A DNA stretch of 43,232 bases from an uncultured Verrucomicrobiales bacterium (GTDB lineage Bacteria > Verrucomicrobiota > Verrucomicrobiia > Verrucomicrobiales > DEV007), in NCBI GenBank assembly GCA_938091905.1, contig CALKOM010000069.1:1-43232 (forward strand), in the 5' to 3' direction. The notes beneath the pieces were generated by a model. The model saw only the letters and a list, made by a program, of their open reading frames with translations. It made no database searches and was not told the origin of the DNA. The position numbers and the translations under genes are program-made. The number at the start of each line of letters is the position of its first letter. Positions within the stretch are counted from its first letter, which is position 1. Positions 1-9,475 of the stretch are shown here, in pieces.

Positions 1-2
1 TC

Positions 3-116
3 GAGAATGCATTTCAGTGCCTCAAGGAATTCCGTGCAATCGCTACGCGGTATGAAAAACTAGCCTCGACTTTCCTCGGCCTCGTGACCCTCGGATCAAT
101 CCTCGCATGGCTGTGA
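3..116 (+). mobile_element. IS5-family transposase, C-terminal end (truncated by window edge)
   Basis: Manual translation from nt 3 gives ENAFQCLKEFRAIATRYEKLASTFLGLVTLGSILAWL*, matching the typical IS5-family C-terminus (E..F..LK.FR.IATRY(D/E)K). Confidence 0.9.
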
Positions 117-123
117 TTCGGTT

Positions 124-139
124 ATAAAACACACCCTAA
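124..139 (+). repeat. Probable right terminal inverted repeat of the IS5-family element, with TA/TAA target site
   Basis: ATAAAACACACCC-TAA lies just after the transposase stop and resembles IS5-type ends. The left end is outside the window, so the pairing cannot be confirmed. Confidence 0.55.
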
Positions 140-304
140 TATATCTCGACATCCCAATGGCGCTGCCGCCTCGTCTCTTGGTTGCTAACATTAGTGAACA
201 TATCAAACACCTCTAATCATTTGCCTTTGCTAGCGTAAGCGTTTCCTTACATCAGCAACATTGGATTGTTACTCTACTCAAAAACGGACTGTCCTGACGG
301 GGAA

Positions 305-1690
305 TCAACTGAGAATTTCGTGGATGACTTCTCCTGCGACGTCTGTGAGGCGGTAGCTGCACCCGTTGTGTAAATACGTAAGGCGCTCATCATTGAGACC
401 TAATAAATGCAGCAGCATTGCGTGCAGGTCGTTGACACTCACACGATTCTCGGCGGCTTTGTAGCCCATTTTGTCGGTTTCGCCGAAGCTAGTGCCTCCC
501 TTGATCCCAGCACCAGCCATCCATCCATTGCAGAAAGCCGTTCGGGTTGTGTTCTCGCCCGAAGCCGTTCTGTGAAATCGGCATGCGATCGAACTCGCCA
601 CCCCAGATCACAAGGGTCTCATCAAGTAAACCACGGGCTTCGAGATCCGAGAGTAACCCTGCGACGGGAACGTTTGTTGCCTGACAGTGAAGTGATGCGT
701 GTGGTTCTCAGCGAGGTTGTTGTGCGTCCCATTCCCCATCGCTGTATACCTGAACAAAGCGAACGCCGCTCTCGACCAGTCGCCGGGCCATCAGGCATTT
801 CGTTCCGTAGGAACGCGAACGCTCATTATCGATTCCATAGAGGCAATGCGTGGCCTCGGTCTCGCGCGAAAGGTCGACAACTTCGGTAGCTTCAGTCTGC
901 ATGCGGTAGGCCAACTCGAACGATTGCATGCGGTTCGCGAACTCGAAATCGCCCAAGTGTCCCTTCCTGTGTGCGTCGTTGGGTTGGGCCATCAGGTCGA
1001 GCTGTGCACGTTGATCCCGGGCAGTGATCTGAGGCTGACGTGTCAGGTTGAATATTGGCGCGCCCTGCGAACGGAAAAGTGTCACCGCGTATGTCGAAGG
1101 AAGAAATCCCGAACCCCAGTTATGCGGACCGCCTTTCGGACCTTTCGTATTGCCCAGCACGACATAGCCCGGCAGGTTCTGGTTTTCACTGCCGAGACCA
1201 TAGGTAAGCCACGCGCCGGCCGGCGGAAAACCTGGCCGGGGAAGCCCACTGTTGAGTTGATAGATCGCGGGGACGTGGTCGTTCGATTCGCTGTGACACG
1301 ATTTGATGAACGCCATCTTGTCGACGTGCTTGGCGACGTTCGTGTAGCGATCACAAACCCATTGCCCGCAGTCACCCTACTGCTTAAACGAAAACGGACT
1401 TTTCATCAACGGTCCAGGATTCCCAAAGAATATTTTTCCGTTAGTCTTTGCCCATCGCGTTTGATCAGCTCGGGTTTCGGATCAAACATATCGACACTAC
1501 TTGGCGCACCTTCCATGAACAGCCAGATGACGGATTTCGCTTTGGCTGGAAATTTGGAAAGGAGCGGAGTGAGCGACTTACGATCCTGCGAAGCGCCAAG
1601 GAGCTTCTGTTCAGCTAGAATACTCGCCATAGCAATCATGCCAGCTCCCCTGCCAGCGCGTCGAAGCCATTCTCGACGGGAGAGTGGCAC
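305..1690 (-). pseudogene. DUF1501-family (Tat-exported, sulfatase-associated) protein, disrupted
   Basis: Three ORF pieces (1406-1690, 708-1316, 305-601) carry SRREWL Tat-like start, AKSVIWLFMEGAPSSVDMFDPKP, ARRLVESGVRFVQ and RLTDVAGEVIHEIL. There is a frameshift near 1435, an in-frame TAG (FKQ*GDCG), and further frameshifts near 720, 690 and 520. Confidence 0.88.
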
Positions 1691-1756
1691 ACCGACTCGG
1701 CCACACGAAAAAGCAGATTTGTTAGTCTAGTTCATATACTCCACTGCGAAAGGTTG

Positions 1757-2572
1757 TCAGTCGACATAAATAAATTCGTTCAGCCCAAACAGTGACTGGC
1801 AGAAATCGGCCACGGCTTCGAGCCAATCAAGCAGACACGCTAGTAGAGTTGATGTCGCAGTGACAGGATCGATGGCATGTGCAGCGACAAACTGGCTGGT
1901 CTTCTCTGGCCTTGGCGGCACGCCGCTCAGGTCGAAATAGATCCATCGCACCAGGGTCCGCGCCGATGCAGGTTGAGAAGGGCTGAGACCGTGTTCACTC
2001 AATTTCGCGAACACAAACAGATCGACGGTGCTCTTCGGCCAGGTGTCGGCGGCCTTTTTCTTGGGAAGCGACACCGTACGAAGTCGCTGAAAGCTCCAAT
2101 GCTTGCGAGCACGATCGAGTCGCGGATCAGTGACATCGGCTCCATCCGGCCACTTCGCACCCTGGTCGATCCAGGCACGAAGTAATCCGATCTCACCGTC
2201 AGAGAGCGGATCGCTTCCTTCCGGCATACGCCTGTCTTCCTCAACGCCGGCGACAAGATGCACGAGCAGACTAGCTAGGCTATCTCCGGGAACAAACGAA
2301 GCGACACTTTTACCACCTTGCATCGCCTTCGCACGGACAGCCAGATTGAGTTCCGCTTTCTCGCTTTCACCTGCGTGGCACTCGTAACAATGTTGACGGA
2401 AGATAGGTTGAATGTGTTCGACAAAGTCGACCCGTTCCTTTGCCGCCAGTGACAGTGATCTGGCTAACTAATCGCGATCATCCGTCGACAAAGCGTCTTA
2501 GGCTGACAGCGAGGACACTAAGAGCAGAACGCCGCCCACGATGAGACTATTGAACCGGAGGCAGGAATACAT
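1757..2572 (-). pseudogene. Planctomycete cytochrome c / DUF1549 / DUF1553 protein, disrupted and internally deleted
   Basis: Reading from ATG 2572: signal-like MYSCLRFNSLIVGGVLLLVSSLSA, stops at 2498-2500 and 2468-2470, then VDFVEHIQPIFRQHCYECH (CxxCH), RAWIDQGAKW, HWSFQ and RWIYFDLSGVPP. It then jumps directly to the family C-terminus LNEFIYVD. Confidence 0.85.
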
Positions 2573-2782
2573 AGAGGTTCCGTTGACAAGTGATAGACTT
2601 AACCCGAGAAACGTTGTTGGGTTGCGTTCCTAAAAACAGTTGCTCGCCGCTGCATTTCCCACAGCACCGGCCGACATCAGTCCTTCCACGGAAGCTTCAA
2701 CCCGTCATTACGCGCGAAGCCCGTCGCATCGTCTTCTTGTCTCAGCCTGCTTCACCGCCTGACTTGCAGACCATGCGCAGCT

Positions 2783-3613
2783 TTACTCCTCCCCTTCCGC
2801 CTGCTTCTTCAATTTTACTTCAAAGGCTCCTCGCGGACTGAACTTACTACTATTCCCAGTCGTCGCTTCAATGTAAGCCTCACTGTCTCTCGCTTTCATC
2901 ATTCGGCCAGGCATGCTTAGCTCTGGCCAATCTCTCAAGGTGATGGTCTCACCTTTCATCACGGCCTTCTTGCATCGGACCTCAACGGGATCCCCTTCTT
3001 CATTGACTCCACTAATCACCACCATACGGCCAGTAGCCTCAGCAAAGCTAAGGCTACTGCCCCCATCGTTGCCCTTCTTCCTCTCGTAGTGGGCGATCAG
3101 CTTATCGCAGCGCATGGAGAATGGATTCTCCACACCCTGGCCTTTGTTCGTCACCAACACATCTCCTTCAAAAACAACAATCCCACTCTTGGGATCACCC
3201 GCCATGTATTTAGAATTCTCGATCGTGATCCACTCACCTGCATTCTCCCTAGCCACCTTCTGCCCTTTCAGGGGCTCGGGACCTAACAAATCGCTCGCAT
3301 TGCCAGCCTCTTCCTTGCCTTCAAGTCCACCTCCAACCGCCTGGCGAATCGCCTCGATCGGGATAATTCCATCAGCTTGAAGCTTCTTCAGCTCGTCCTT
3401 TAGCATCTTCTCTGCAGCGGGAAGGTCGTTCAAATCTAGATCCTGCAAACGCTGTTTATCTTCGAGCACGTCACTTAATGACGCCTTGTCGAGCACCTCG
3501 ACAACACGCTCTAAGAGTTCAAGATCTTCTTTCTCATCTTCAGACACCTCCTCTTGCGCCATCAACCAGGACGCGGCGGCAAAGACAAGGAAACAAGGTA
3601 GTAAACACTTCAT
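2783..3613 (-). CDS. LptA/OstA-like LPS transport periplasmic protein
   Basis: Signal peptide, acidic N-terminal region, then beta-jellyroll-like motifs (IVVFEGDVLVT, SMRCDKL, ATGRMVVI, ITLRDWP). Lies downstream of kdsA and the lptC-like gene. Confidence 0.65.
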   Translation of the reverse strand: MKCLLPCFLVFAAASWLMAQEEVSEDEKEDLELLERVVEVLDKASLSDVLEDKQRLQDLDLNDLPAAEKMLKDELKKLQADGIIPIEAIRQAVGGGLEGKEEAGNASDLLGPEPLKGQKVARENAGEWITIENSKYMAGDPKSGIVVFEGDVLVTNKGQGVENPFSMRCDKLIAHYERKKGNDGGSSLSFAEATGRMVVISGVNEEGDPVEVRCKKAVMKGETITLRDWPELSMPGRMMKARDSEAYIEATTGNSSKFSPRGAFEVKLKKQAEGEE

Positions 3614-3646
3614 AGGCTTTCGGACGGGTTCAGAACCACTAGTATT

Positions 3647-4105
3647 TCATGGATTCGCCCGTTTTTCGAACCGAATCAACGACGTGACGTCACTCAGGAT
3701 GGCCGACTTCCGAGATTCTAGGTCGTAGATGAAGCCCCGCCCCTTTGAAATGGCGTCGGGTGTGGTGATCTTGATCCTCTGTCGCCCAACCAAAAGCCGA
3801 TGTTTGATATCATAGACGGCTCGCGGGGTCACAATGTCCCCCGATTCTATTCCATCCGTGAAGAGAATGATTCTGAGACCTTCAAGGATGAATCGGCTAT
3901 CACTTATGCGGCGTATTTCCCGAGCTGTGATCGTCGCAGAAGGTTGGCGATTCTCATCGTATTGAGGCAACTTAAAATCACGAATTGCAACATTGAGTGG
4001 CACCATGGAGGCAAGCTTCAATGCAGAGGCCCTATCGATCTCGTGCTCCTGAGCCCCGAGCATGCTTCCGAGAAGCAAGCCAATCATAAGCAGCCTCCTA
4101 ACCAT
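3647..4105 (-). CDS. LptC-like LPS export protein
   Basis: Start refined to MVRRLLMIGLLLG, which overlaps the kdsA stop. Motifs FKLPQYDE, TPRAVYD and GRGFIYD, and the position in the kdsA-lptC-lptA order. Confidence 0.6.
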   Translation of the reverse strand: MVRRLLMIGLLLGSMLGAQEHEIDRASALKLASMVPLNVAIRDFKLPQYDENRQPSATITAREIRRISDSRFILEGLRIILFTDGIESGDIVTPRAVYDIKHRLLVGRQRIKITTPDAISKGRGFIYDLESRKSAILSDVTSLIRFEKRANP

Positions 4106-4919
4106 GAGACGCTTGGTGGACGGAAATAAGTCGCTTGAGCACAACGGGCAATTCCGCCAATGGCACTTGATTAGGGCCATCTGAAAGCGCTTTGCTAGGA
4201 TTTGGATGCGTTTCCATAAAAACCCCATCGCAACCGACGGCCACAGCTGCACGTGCTAACACTGGTGCCAGCACGCCATCACCACCACTAGTCTTACCAT
4301 CACCACCTGGGCGCTGAACCGAGTGCGTGGCATCAAAGATGACCGGATGGCCTTCCTCACGCATCCAATAGAGGGCACGCATGTCCGCCACCAGCGTGTT
4401 GTATCCGAAAGACACCCCTCGCTCTGTAAAATAATAGTGACTTGCACCGAACGCCTTCAACTTGTCAGCGATGTTCGCCATGTCCCAGGGAGCTAGGAAT
4501 TGTCCCTTCTTCACATTAACAACCTTGCCAGTCTCTGCAGCGGCTTGAATAAGGTCCGTCTGCCGACAGAGGAAGGCCGGAATCTGCACTAAATCAACGA
4601 CCTCTCCCAATAGCTTGGCTTCCTCCGCCGTATGGACATCCGTTGTCACAGGAAGGCTCAATTCATCACGGATGGATTTAAGAAGATCGCGCCCGGCTTC
4701 AGGTCCTGGCCCGCGGAACGACGATGAAGCACTTCGGTTTGCCTTGTCATAGGAAGCCTTGAAAACCACCTGAACCTCCAGCTCGTCGCCAATCTTAGCG
4801 ACGGCCCGGGCCATCTCCCACGTAAAAACCTCGGATTCCATCACACAAGGACCCAGAATAAAGAACGGAGGGGTCTCCAACGAGGCTGATTGATGAAGGA
4901 AGCTTCCAGTGGTGGCCAT
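4098..4919 (-). CDS. kdsA: KDO8P synthase (3-deoxy-8-phosphooctulonate synthase)
   Basis: GPCVMES, KASYDKANRS, QIPAFLCRQTDL, KKGQF, ERG, FDATHSVQRPG, ETHPNP and SDGPN motifs. Start refined to MATTGS at 4919. Confidence 0.96.
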   Translation of the reverse strand: MATTGSFLHQSASLETPPFFILGPCVMESEVFTWEMARAVAKIGDELEVQVVFKASYDKANRSASSSFRGPGPEAGRDLLKSIRDELSLPVTTDVHTAEEAKLLGEVVDLVQIPAFLCRQTDLIQAAAETGKVVNVKKGQFLAPWDMANIADKLKAFGASHYYFTERGVSFGYNTLVADMRALYWMREEGHPVIFDATHSVQRPGGDGKTSGGDGVLAPVLARAAVAVGCDGVFMETHPNPSKALSDGPNQVPLAELPVVLKRLISVHQASHG

Positions 4920-5019
4920 GGTAAAACTATGGAACCCTAGGATTCGAGACCAATGAAGACAAGGGGCTTCCACGAACTTTCGACTTGGGCCTGGATGCCA
5001 GCAAGACAACACTCCCCCA

Positions 5020-6225
5020 ATGCGTCTCCTCACTCTCGCCATGGTCTTGCTGGCAGGCTACGGACGTGTGCATGCCTGGGAGCCGGGGAAAGAAGTCACG
5101 TGGCTGGGCCTGGGAGAGAAGACGCCACTCAAGGTCTATATTCCAAGCGACTACGATCCCGCGAATGAATGGCCACTGCTCTACGGCTTCCACCGTACAG
5201 GTGGGCGTGCTAGCACATCGATGTTTCAGGGCTACACGCGTGGACGCGGATTCGTATTGATCGGCGCGCCCTATGCCCTGCCCGGGAAAGATTCTTTCAG
5301 TCGCGCCGGCATCCTACAGGAAATCCGACGTATTTCAAAAGTTCGTCAGCTCTTGTTAGGCGAATCTCTTTCTCTTGATCAGCGCACCTACGTGGGCGGA
5401 TTCAGCAAAGGCGGGTGGATGTCTGACCTGCTCGCCACTGAGGGGTTCGACACCCTATCAGGAGCACTCATCCTCGGTGCCGGTCGTATACCGGATGATA
5501 TCGGCCGAGTCATCTCACGCCCCAAGGTTGAGCCTGTGCGCTCTTTAGCGATCTACATTGGCATCGGCCAACTGGACAGCAATCATCTTTACAGTCGACG
5601 TGCGCACTCGCATTACCTCAAAACCAAGCACGACGTCGTCTTTGAAGAATACCTCACCAAGGGTCATCGGGCGGGTGAAACAGACGCACCGTATCTAAGT
5701 CAATGGCTCCAATGCCAGGTCGCAAGCCCAGCGGGCCTTGAGGAGGGTGCCCTCGCCTGGTGGCAATCGTCTTTAACCACAGCAGAGTCTATTCCCTTGC
5801 CAATCGAGCGTTTGCTCTATCTAGAGCACGTTCAGGCTGCTCCATTTGCCAAGTTCGTCCCCAAAGAAAGGCGAAGCACCCTATCAAAGAAACTTTCTCA
5901 AGTCAGGCGACATCGATCATTGCAAACTGAGATGGATGCCCGCCGCGCCTACAGATCAGCTCAGAAAGAGGAAGAAGGATTTCGCAAATCAAGCGATCTG
6001 CCCGACCTAGCAGCGTCCTTCAAACGACTCTACATGCGTTCCCCAAAGACCTTCTACGGCCAACGAGCTGGCCTCGACCTCCTTCGCATGGAAGACAACT
6101 ATCGCGTTCTCAAACGCTCAAACCAGAACAATCAGGGTAACGATGCATTTGCAAAGCTGCCGCCCAACCTTGAAGCCTTGAAGGGGCGTTTCGCGCGTTT
6201 TGACAAGTTGCTTCGATCTCGCTAA
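5020..6225 (+). CDS. Secreted alpha/beta-hydrolase (esterase-like) with helical C-terminal extension
   Basis: Signal peptide, VYIPSDYDP..WPLL..FH.TGG, nucleophile elbow GFSKGG, candidate Asp (GQLD) and His (KGH). Confidence 0.65.
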   Translation: MRLLTLAMVLLAGYGRVHAWEPGKEVTWLGLGEKTPLKVYIPSDYDPANEWPLLYGFHRTGGRASTSMFQGYTRGRGFVLIGAPYALPGKDSFSRAGILQEIRRISKVRQLLLGESLSLDQRTYVGGFSKGGWMSDLLATEGFDTLSGALILGAGRIPDDIGRVISRPKVEPVRSLAIYIGIGQLDSNHLYSRRAHSHYLKTKHDVVFEEYLTKGHRAGETDAPYLSQWLQCQVASPAGLEEGALAWWQSSLTTAESIPLPIERLLYLEHVQAAPFAKFVPKERRSTLSKKLSQVRRHRSLQTEMDARRAYRSAQKEEEGFRKSSDLPDLAASFKRLYMRSPKTFYGQRAGLDLLRMEDNYRVLKRSNQNNQGNDAFAKLPPNLEALKGRFARFDKLLRSR

Positions 6226-7916
6226 CCCCGGGCTCCGGCCGCCGGAGGACTTACCTTAGAAAGAATGCGGCTAAGGTAGGGGAAAAGCTGTTTCTTGCGA
6301 CTCACGACACCGTCGAGTTGGAAAAGGTGCTTATGGATTCGAGGATACTCGATCACGTCCTCGACCGTGGGGGACTGCGTCGTCAAAAGGACACTATTAT
6401 TCTCATTGATATCCGTGACCATGAGGCAAGCAAAGTGGAGCTGATACTCCTTTCGAATATCTTCTAACACCGACGTCAGCTCCTCTTCATACTTCCAAAA
6501 TTGATCCAAACCCAGCTCCTCGATCTGGGAAATACACAGTCGCCACGGCCCTTCGCTGAACTCTTTGCGGTCCGATTCGACAGCTTCCCGCGATGTGTAG
6601 TTCTTCAAGAGAGAACCCGTCGTGAAGAAGTCCTTAGAGAACGCTACCAAATCCAGCTGGGCAATTTCTGCGAGCCAGTGAAGGATCTCCTCATCAACGA
6701 TCGTCTTCGTAGGCGACGTCAGGTGTAAGGTGTCAGAGATGATTCCCGCGCACAGACAGATCGCTACTGACGGTGGTGGTGTTAGACCCCGCTGTTGGTA
6801 AAACTTACCAACAATGGTCGAGGTAGAACCAACGGGTTCATTGATAAATCGAATAGGATCGCGAGAGACTAAATCTCCGCTCAATCGATGATGATCAATG
6901 ACTGACAGAATGTTCGCATCTTCCGCTCCAGGAACGGCCTGAGAGAATTCGTTGTGGTCAACAAGGATCAGTCGTGGTCGTTTCGGGTCGACCAAATCAG
7001 ACTTGGAGAACACCCCAACAATCTCCTCACTCTTCTTACGGGTCACAGGAAAGAGCACCTGAGCAGAGTCACGAACGTCCTTTAGAATATCTGAAATCAG
7101 GGTGTCTTCGGAGAATGAGATGAAGTTGCGGTCAAGAATCCCTGCCACCTGGCGAGAACAACGGATGAGTTGCGAAGTACTAGCGGTGTCTTGCTGACAG
7201 CAGATCACACAGACGCCCTGCTCCCCAGCCTTCGTGAGAAGATCGTTTTCCGGATGAAATCCTCCCGTGACGATCAAACACCGAACACCAGCCTCTACGG
7301 CCAACTCCTGGACACGCGGGCGATCTCCAGTCACCACAATTAGACTGTTAGGAGGAAACCGGCGCATGCGGTCTTTGACCGTCTCAATGCTAGAGGCTCC
7401 TACAAGTAGAAAGAGATCTTCTTCTACTTCAATTGCCGGTCCTGCGGCGAAGAGCGCGCCTTCGACACTATTCGTCATGTTCCGAATGCTAGCCTTGATC
7501 GTGCGCGCCCCCGAACGCATTTCGCCCATAGGGAGTAGCAGCTCAAGAATCTCTAGCAAGGTGGGCATGCCGACGACTTGCCCACTCTCATCGACTACAG
7601 GTATAGCTCGGAATCCATGGGTGCACATCTTCTGGTAGACCTCGAGAAACGTCTCCTCCTGGTGAGCTACGACCAAGTCTTTTTCACACAATGCCCCGGC
7701 CCGCGGACGAAGATCACCGAGCAATGGCGGCGCGTTCAGCCCCGCGTAGCGCAAGACCCAATCCGTGCGCGGATTGACCGCCCCACAAGAAGCCGCTATC
7801 GCCTCTTGAACGCCCGTTTGCTGAAGATAGTCCGCATAGCCAATAGCTGAACATATCGCATCAGTATCCGGATTACGGTGTCCGATGACGTAGATGGGCT
7901 CCTCGACTTCTGCCAT
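6222..7916 (-). CDS. ppaC: Family II Mn-dependent inorganic pyrophosphatase with CBS/DRTGG insert
   Basis: GHRNPDTDAICS, VDHNE, IDHH, EPVGSTST, GIISDT and GVVSRKKQ motifs, with a CBS-DRTGG (VTGDR) insertion. Confidence 0.93.
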   Translation of the reverse strand: MAEVEEPIYVIGHRNPDTDAICSAIGYADYLQQTGVQEAIAASCGAVNPRTDWVLRYAGLNAPPLLGDLRPRAGALCEKDLVVAHQEETFLEVYQKMCTHGFRAIPVVDESGQVVGMPTLLEILELLLPMGEMRSGARTIKASIRNMTNSVEGALFAAGPAIEVEEDLFLLVGASSIETVKDRMRRFPPNSLIVVTGDRPRVQELAVEAGVRCLIVTGGFHPENDLLTKAGEQGVCVICCQQDTASTSQLIRCSRQVAGILDRNFISFSEDTLISDILKDVRDSAQVLFPVTRKKSEEIVGVFSKSDLVDPKRPRLILVDHNEFSQAVPGAEDANILSVIDHHRLSGDLVSRDPIRFINEPVGSTSTIVGKFYQQRGLTPPPSVAICLCAGIISDTLHLTSPTKTIVDEEILHWLAEIAQLDLVAFSKDFFTTGSLLKNYTSREAVESDRKEFSEGPWRLCISQIEELGLDQFWKYEEELTSVLEDIRKEYQLHFACLMVTDINENNSVLLTTQSPTVEDVIEYPRIHKHLFQLDGVVSRKKQLFPYLSRILSKVSPPAAGARG

Positions 7917-8003
7917 GACTGGTAAGACTCGGCGCCCTAACTTCGCGCCTACTCTTTAAAGGTTTTGAGGCTGTTCGTGAGGATGTCAACTAGGATCACG
8001 AGC

Positions 8004-9470
8004 TCAGGAAGGCCGCCGGCGCCGCGATTGGGATTTCTTATTCCTTGCCGGACGTTTCTTGGCCTTCTTCAGCAAAGCATCTCGGTCCTCGCTAGCTTCG
8101 CTGGTCGGGGCTGCGTTGTCTTTTGACGGAGAGGCGTTGGCCAAACCCTCCGTCTCGAAGCCTCCAACAGCATCACTCTGCTTTTCAGGTGTCTTGGTAG
8201 ATTTCTTTTCGCAAGATTCCTCCCGCTCCTTTGTCAGGCTCGCAGCTATGGCTGGCGTCTCGGCGAGGTCGGGCTTCACACCAGCACTCTCGTGCACTCC
8301 TTCGGGAGCCGTCTCCTCAACCTCAGGTCGGTCCTGTTTACGTTTCGACAGCAGCAGCAAAAAAACAAAAGCCAGTCCGCAGCCAATTCCGAGAATCCAA
8401 AGCCCAGAACTCGACGCGCGAAGATCGGGGAAATGATAGACTTCACGATTGGTGCTCGGAGAAATAGGCTTATCCACCGTAGCGGCACCAAGGTCCTTTG
8501 CCGGAAGCACAGAGTTGGTTTCAGCAACAGGCGCTGGTTCGGCGGGCAGTGAAACAGAGGCTGCAGTCGCTTGCTCTAGCAGGTAACAAACCGTCAGCGA
8601 TACTAGCTCAGGGCGAGAGACACGCTGCCCATTCGGTAGAGGAAAGAGACGATCTCTTTCCAAATCAGAGCCAACAATAAGAACAGCGTCACGAACCGCC
8701 TCTACCATTAAGTCTGACGCAATGAGTCGATCTCCACCAAGGCGTTGAAGCGACACTGGCTCCTCAAGTGGCACCACCACCTTACCCGCCTGATCTAGTG
8801 GAATAGGCTCAGTGCCATCACCCAACTGCAATGCGGTCCCTATGTTGATCGAAACGGTATTCCAGGAAAGACCAAGGGCTTGGCCAGCGATGAGCATTGG
8901 CAGCGAAAGAGCTAGCTCTGAATTCGGCCCCCGGGCAACGAGAGGGACTTCAATTCCGCTTGCCGTCACGTTTACATCAACTCCGAAATCGATGATGGTG
9001 AATCCCGCCGCCGAATTCTCTAGCAGGCCTTCATCTGGCAAGCGAGACACGCTCTTGAAAGAAGCCAGCAGACCAAGATCACCCGTCGCCAGGAAATCTT
9101 GCGGAAACGCCCTCAGGGATTTCGCGAGGTCTGTATCAGGAGCATCATTGTCTAGCATCGCGGCATAGACAACATTTAAAGACTTCGCCTCCCTGATCAG
9201 TCCATTGAGAATTTCAGGTGCGACTTGCGGCCAGCGCAACAAGTCGACCATGCCAACACATCGCGGCCCATGCTTCTGGATGTTCTTAAGAAAGGCCGCA
9301 TAATCGAGAGGCGATGGAGTATCATCGAAGAAATCTGCCGTTGCCTCGTCGACCCGAACAAAGATCACCCTTGGCATCTCGGTCCCGTACAAAGCGTGCA
9401 GGTTGAACAGAAGCACACCCCAGACGACAAACATCCTTGCCAGCCATGCACGTTGTTGGATCACTCTCAT
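8004..9470 (-). CDS. Membrane protein with CHASE2-like extracytoplasmic domain and charged low-complexity tail
   Basis: VIFVRVDEAT..PSPLDYAAFLKNI..GPRCVG, VPLV, LSLPM, IPLDQAG and VLIVG resemble CHASE2. One TM (LWILGIGCGLAFVFLLLL) is followed by a Glu/Lys/Arg-rich tail. Confidence 0.55.
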   Translation of the reverse strand: MRVIQQRAWLARMFVVWGVLLFNLHALYGTEMPRVIFVRVDEATADFFDDTPSPLDYAAFLKNIQKHGPRCVGMVDLLRWPQVAPEILNGLIREAKSLNVVYAAMLDNDAPDTDLAKSLRAFPQDFLATGDLGLLASFKSVSRLPDEGLLENSAAGFTIIDFGVDVNVTASGIEVPLVARGPNSELALSLPMLIAGQALGLSWNTVSINIGTALQLGDGTEPIPLDQAGKVVVPLEEPVSLQRLGGDRLIASDLMVEAVRDAVLIVGSDLERDRLFPLPNGQRVSRPELVSLTVCYLLEQATAASVSLPAEPAPVAETNSVLPAKDLGAATVDKPISPSTNREVYHFPDLRASSSGLWILGIGCGLAFVFLLLLSKRKQDRPEVEETAPEGVHESAGVKPDLAETPAIAASLTKEREESCEKKSTKTPEKQSDAVGGFETEGLANASPSKDNAAPTSEASEDRDALLKKAKKRPARNKKSQSRRRRPS

Positions 9471-9475
9471 GCGTT

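Noticed and set aside
699..1730. 343-aa plus-strand ORF
   Set aside because: Codon-aligned antisense shadow of the DUF1501 pseudogene, with no recognisable motifs.
4920..5042. N-terminal extension of the kdsA ORF
   Set aside because: Overlaps the divergent hydrolase start. KdsA similarity begins after Met at 4919.
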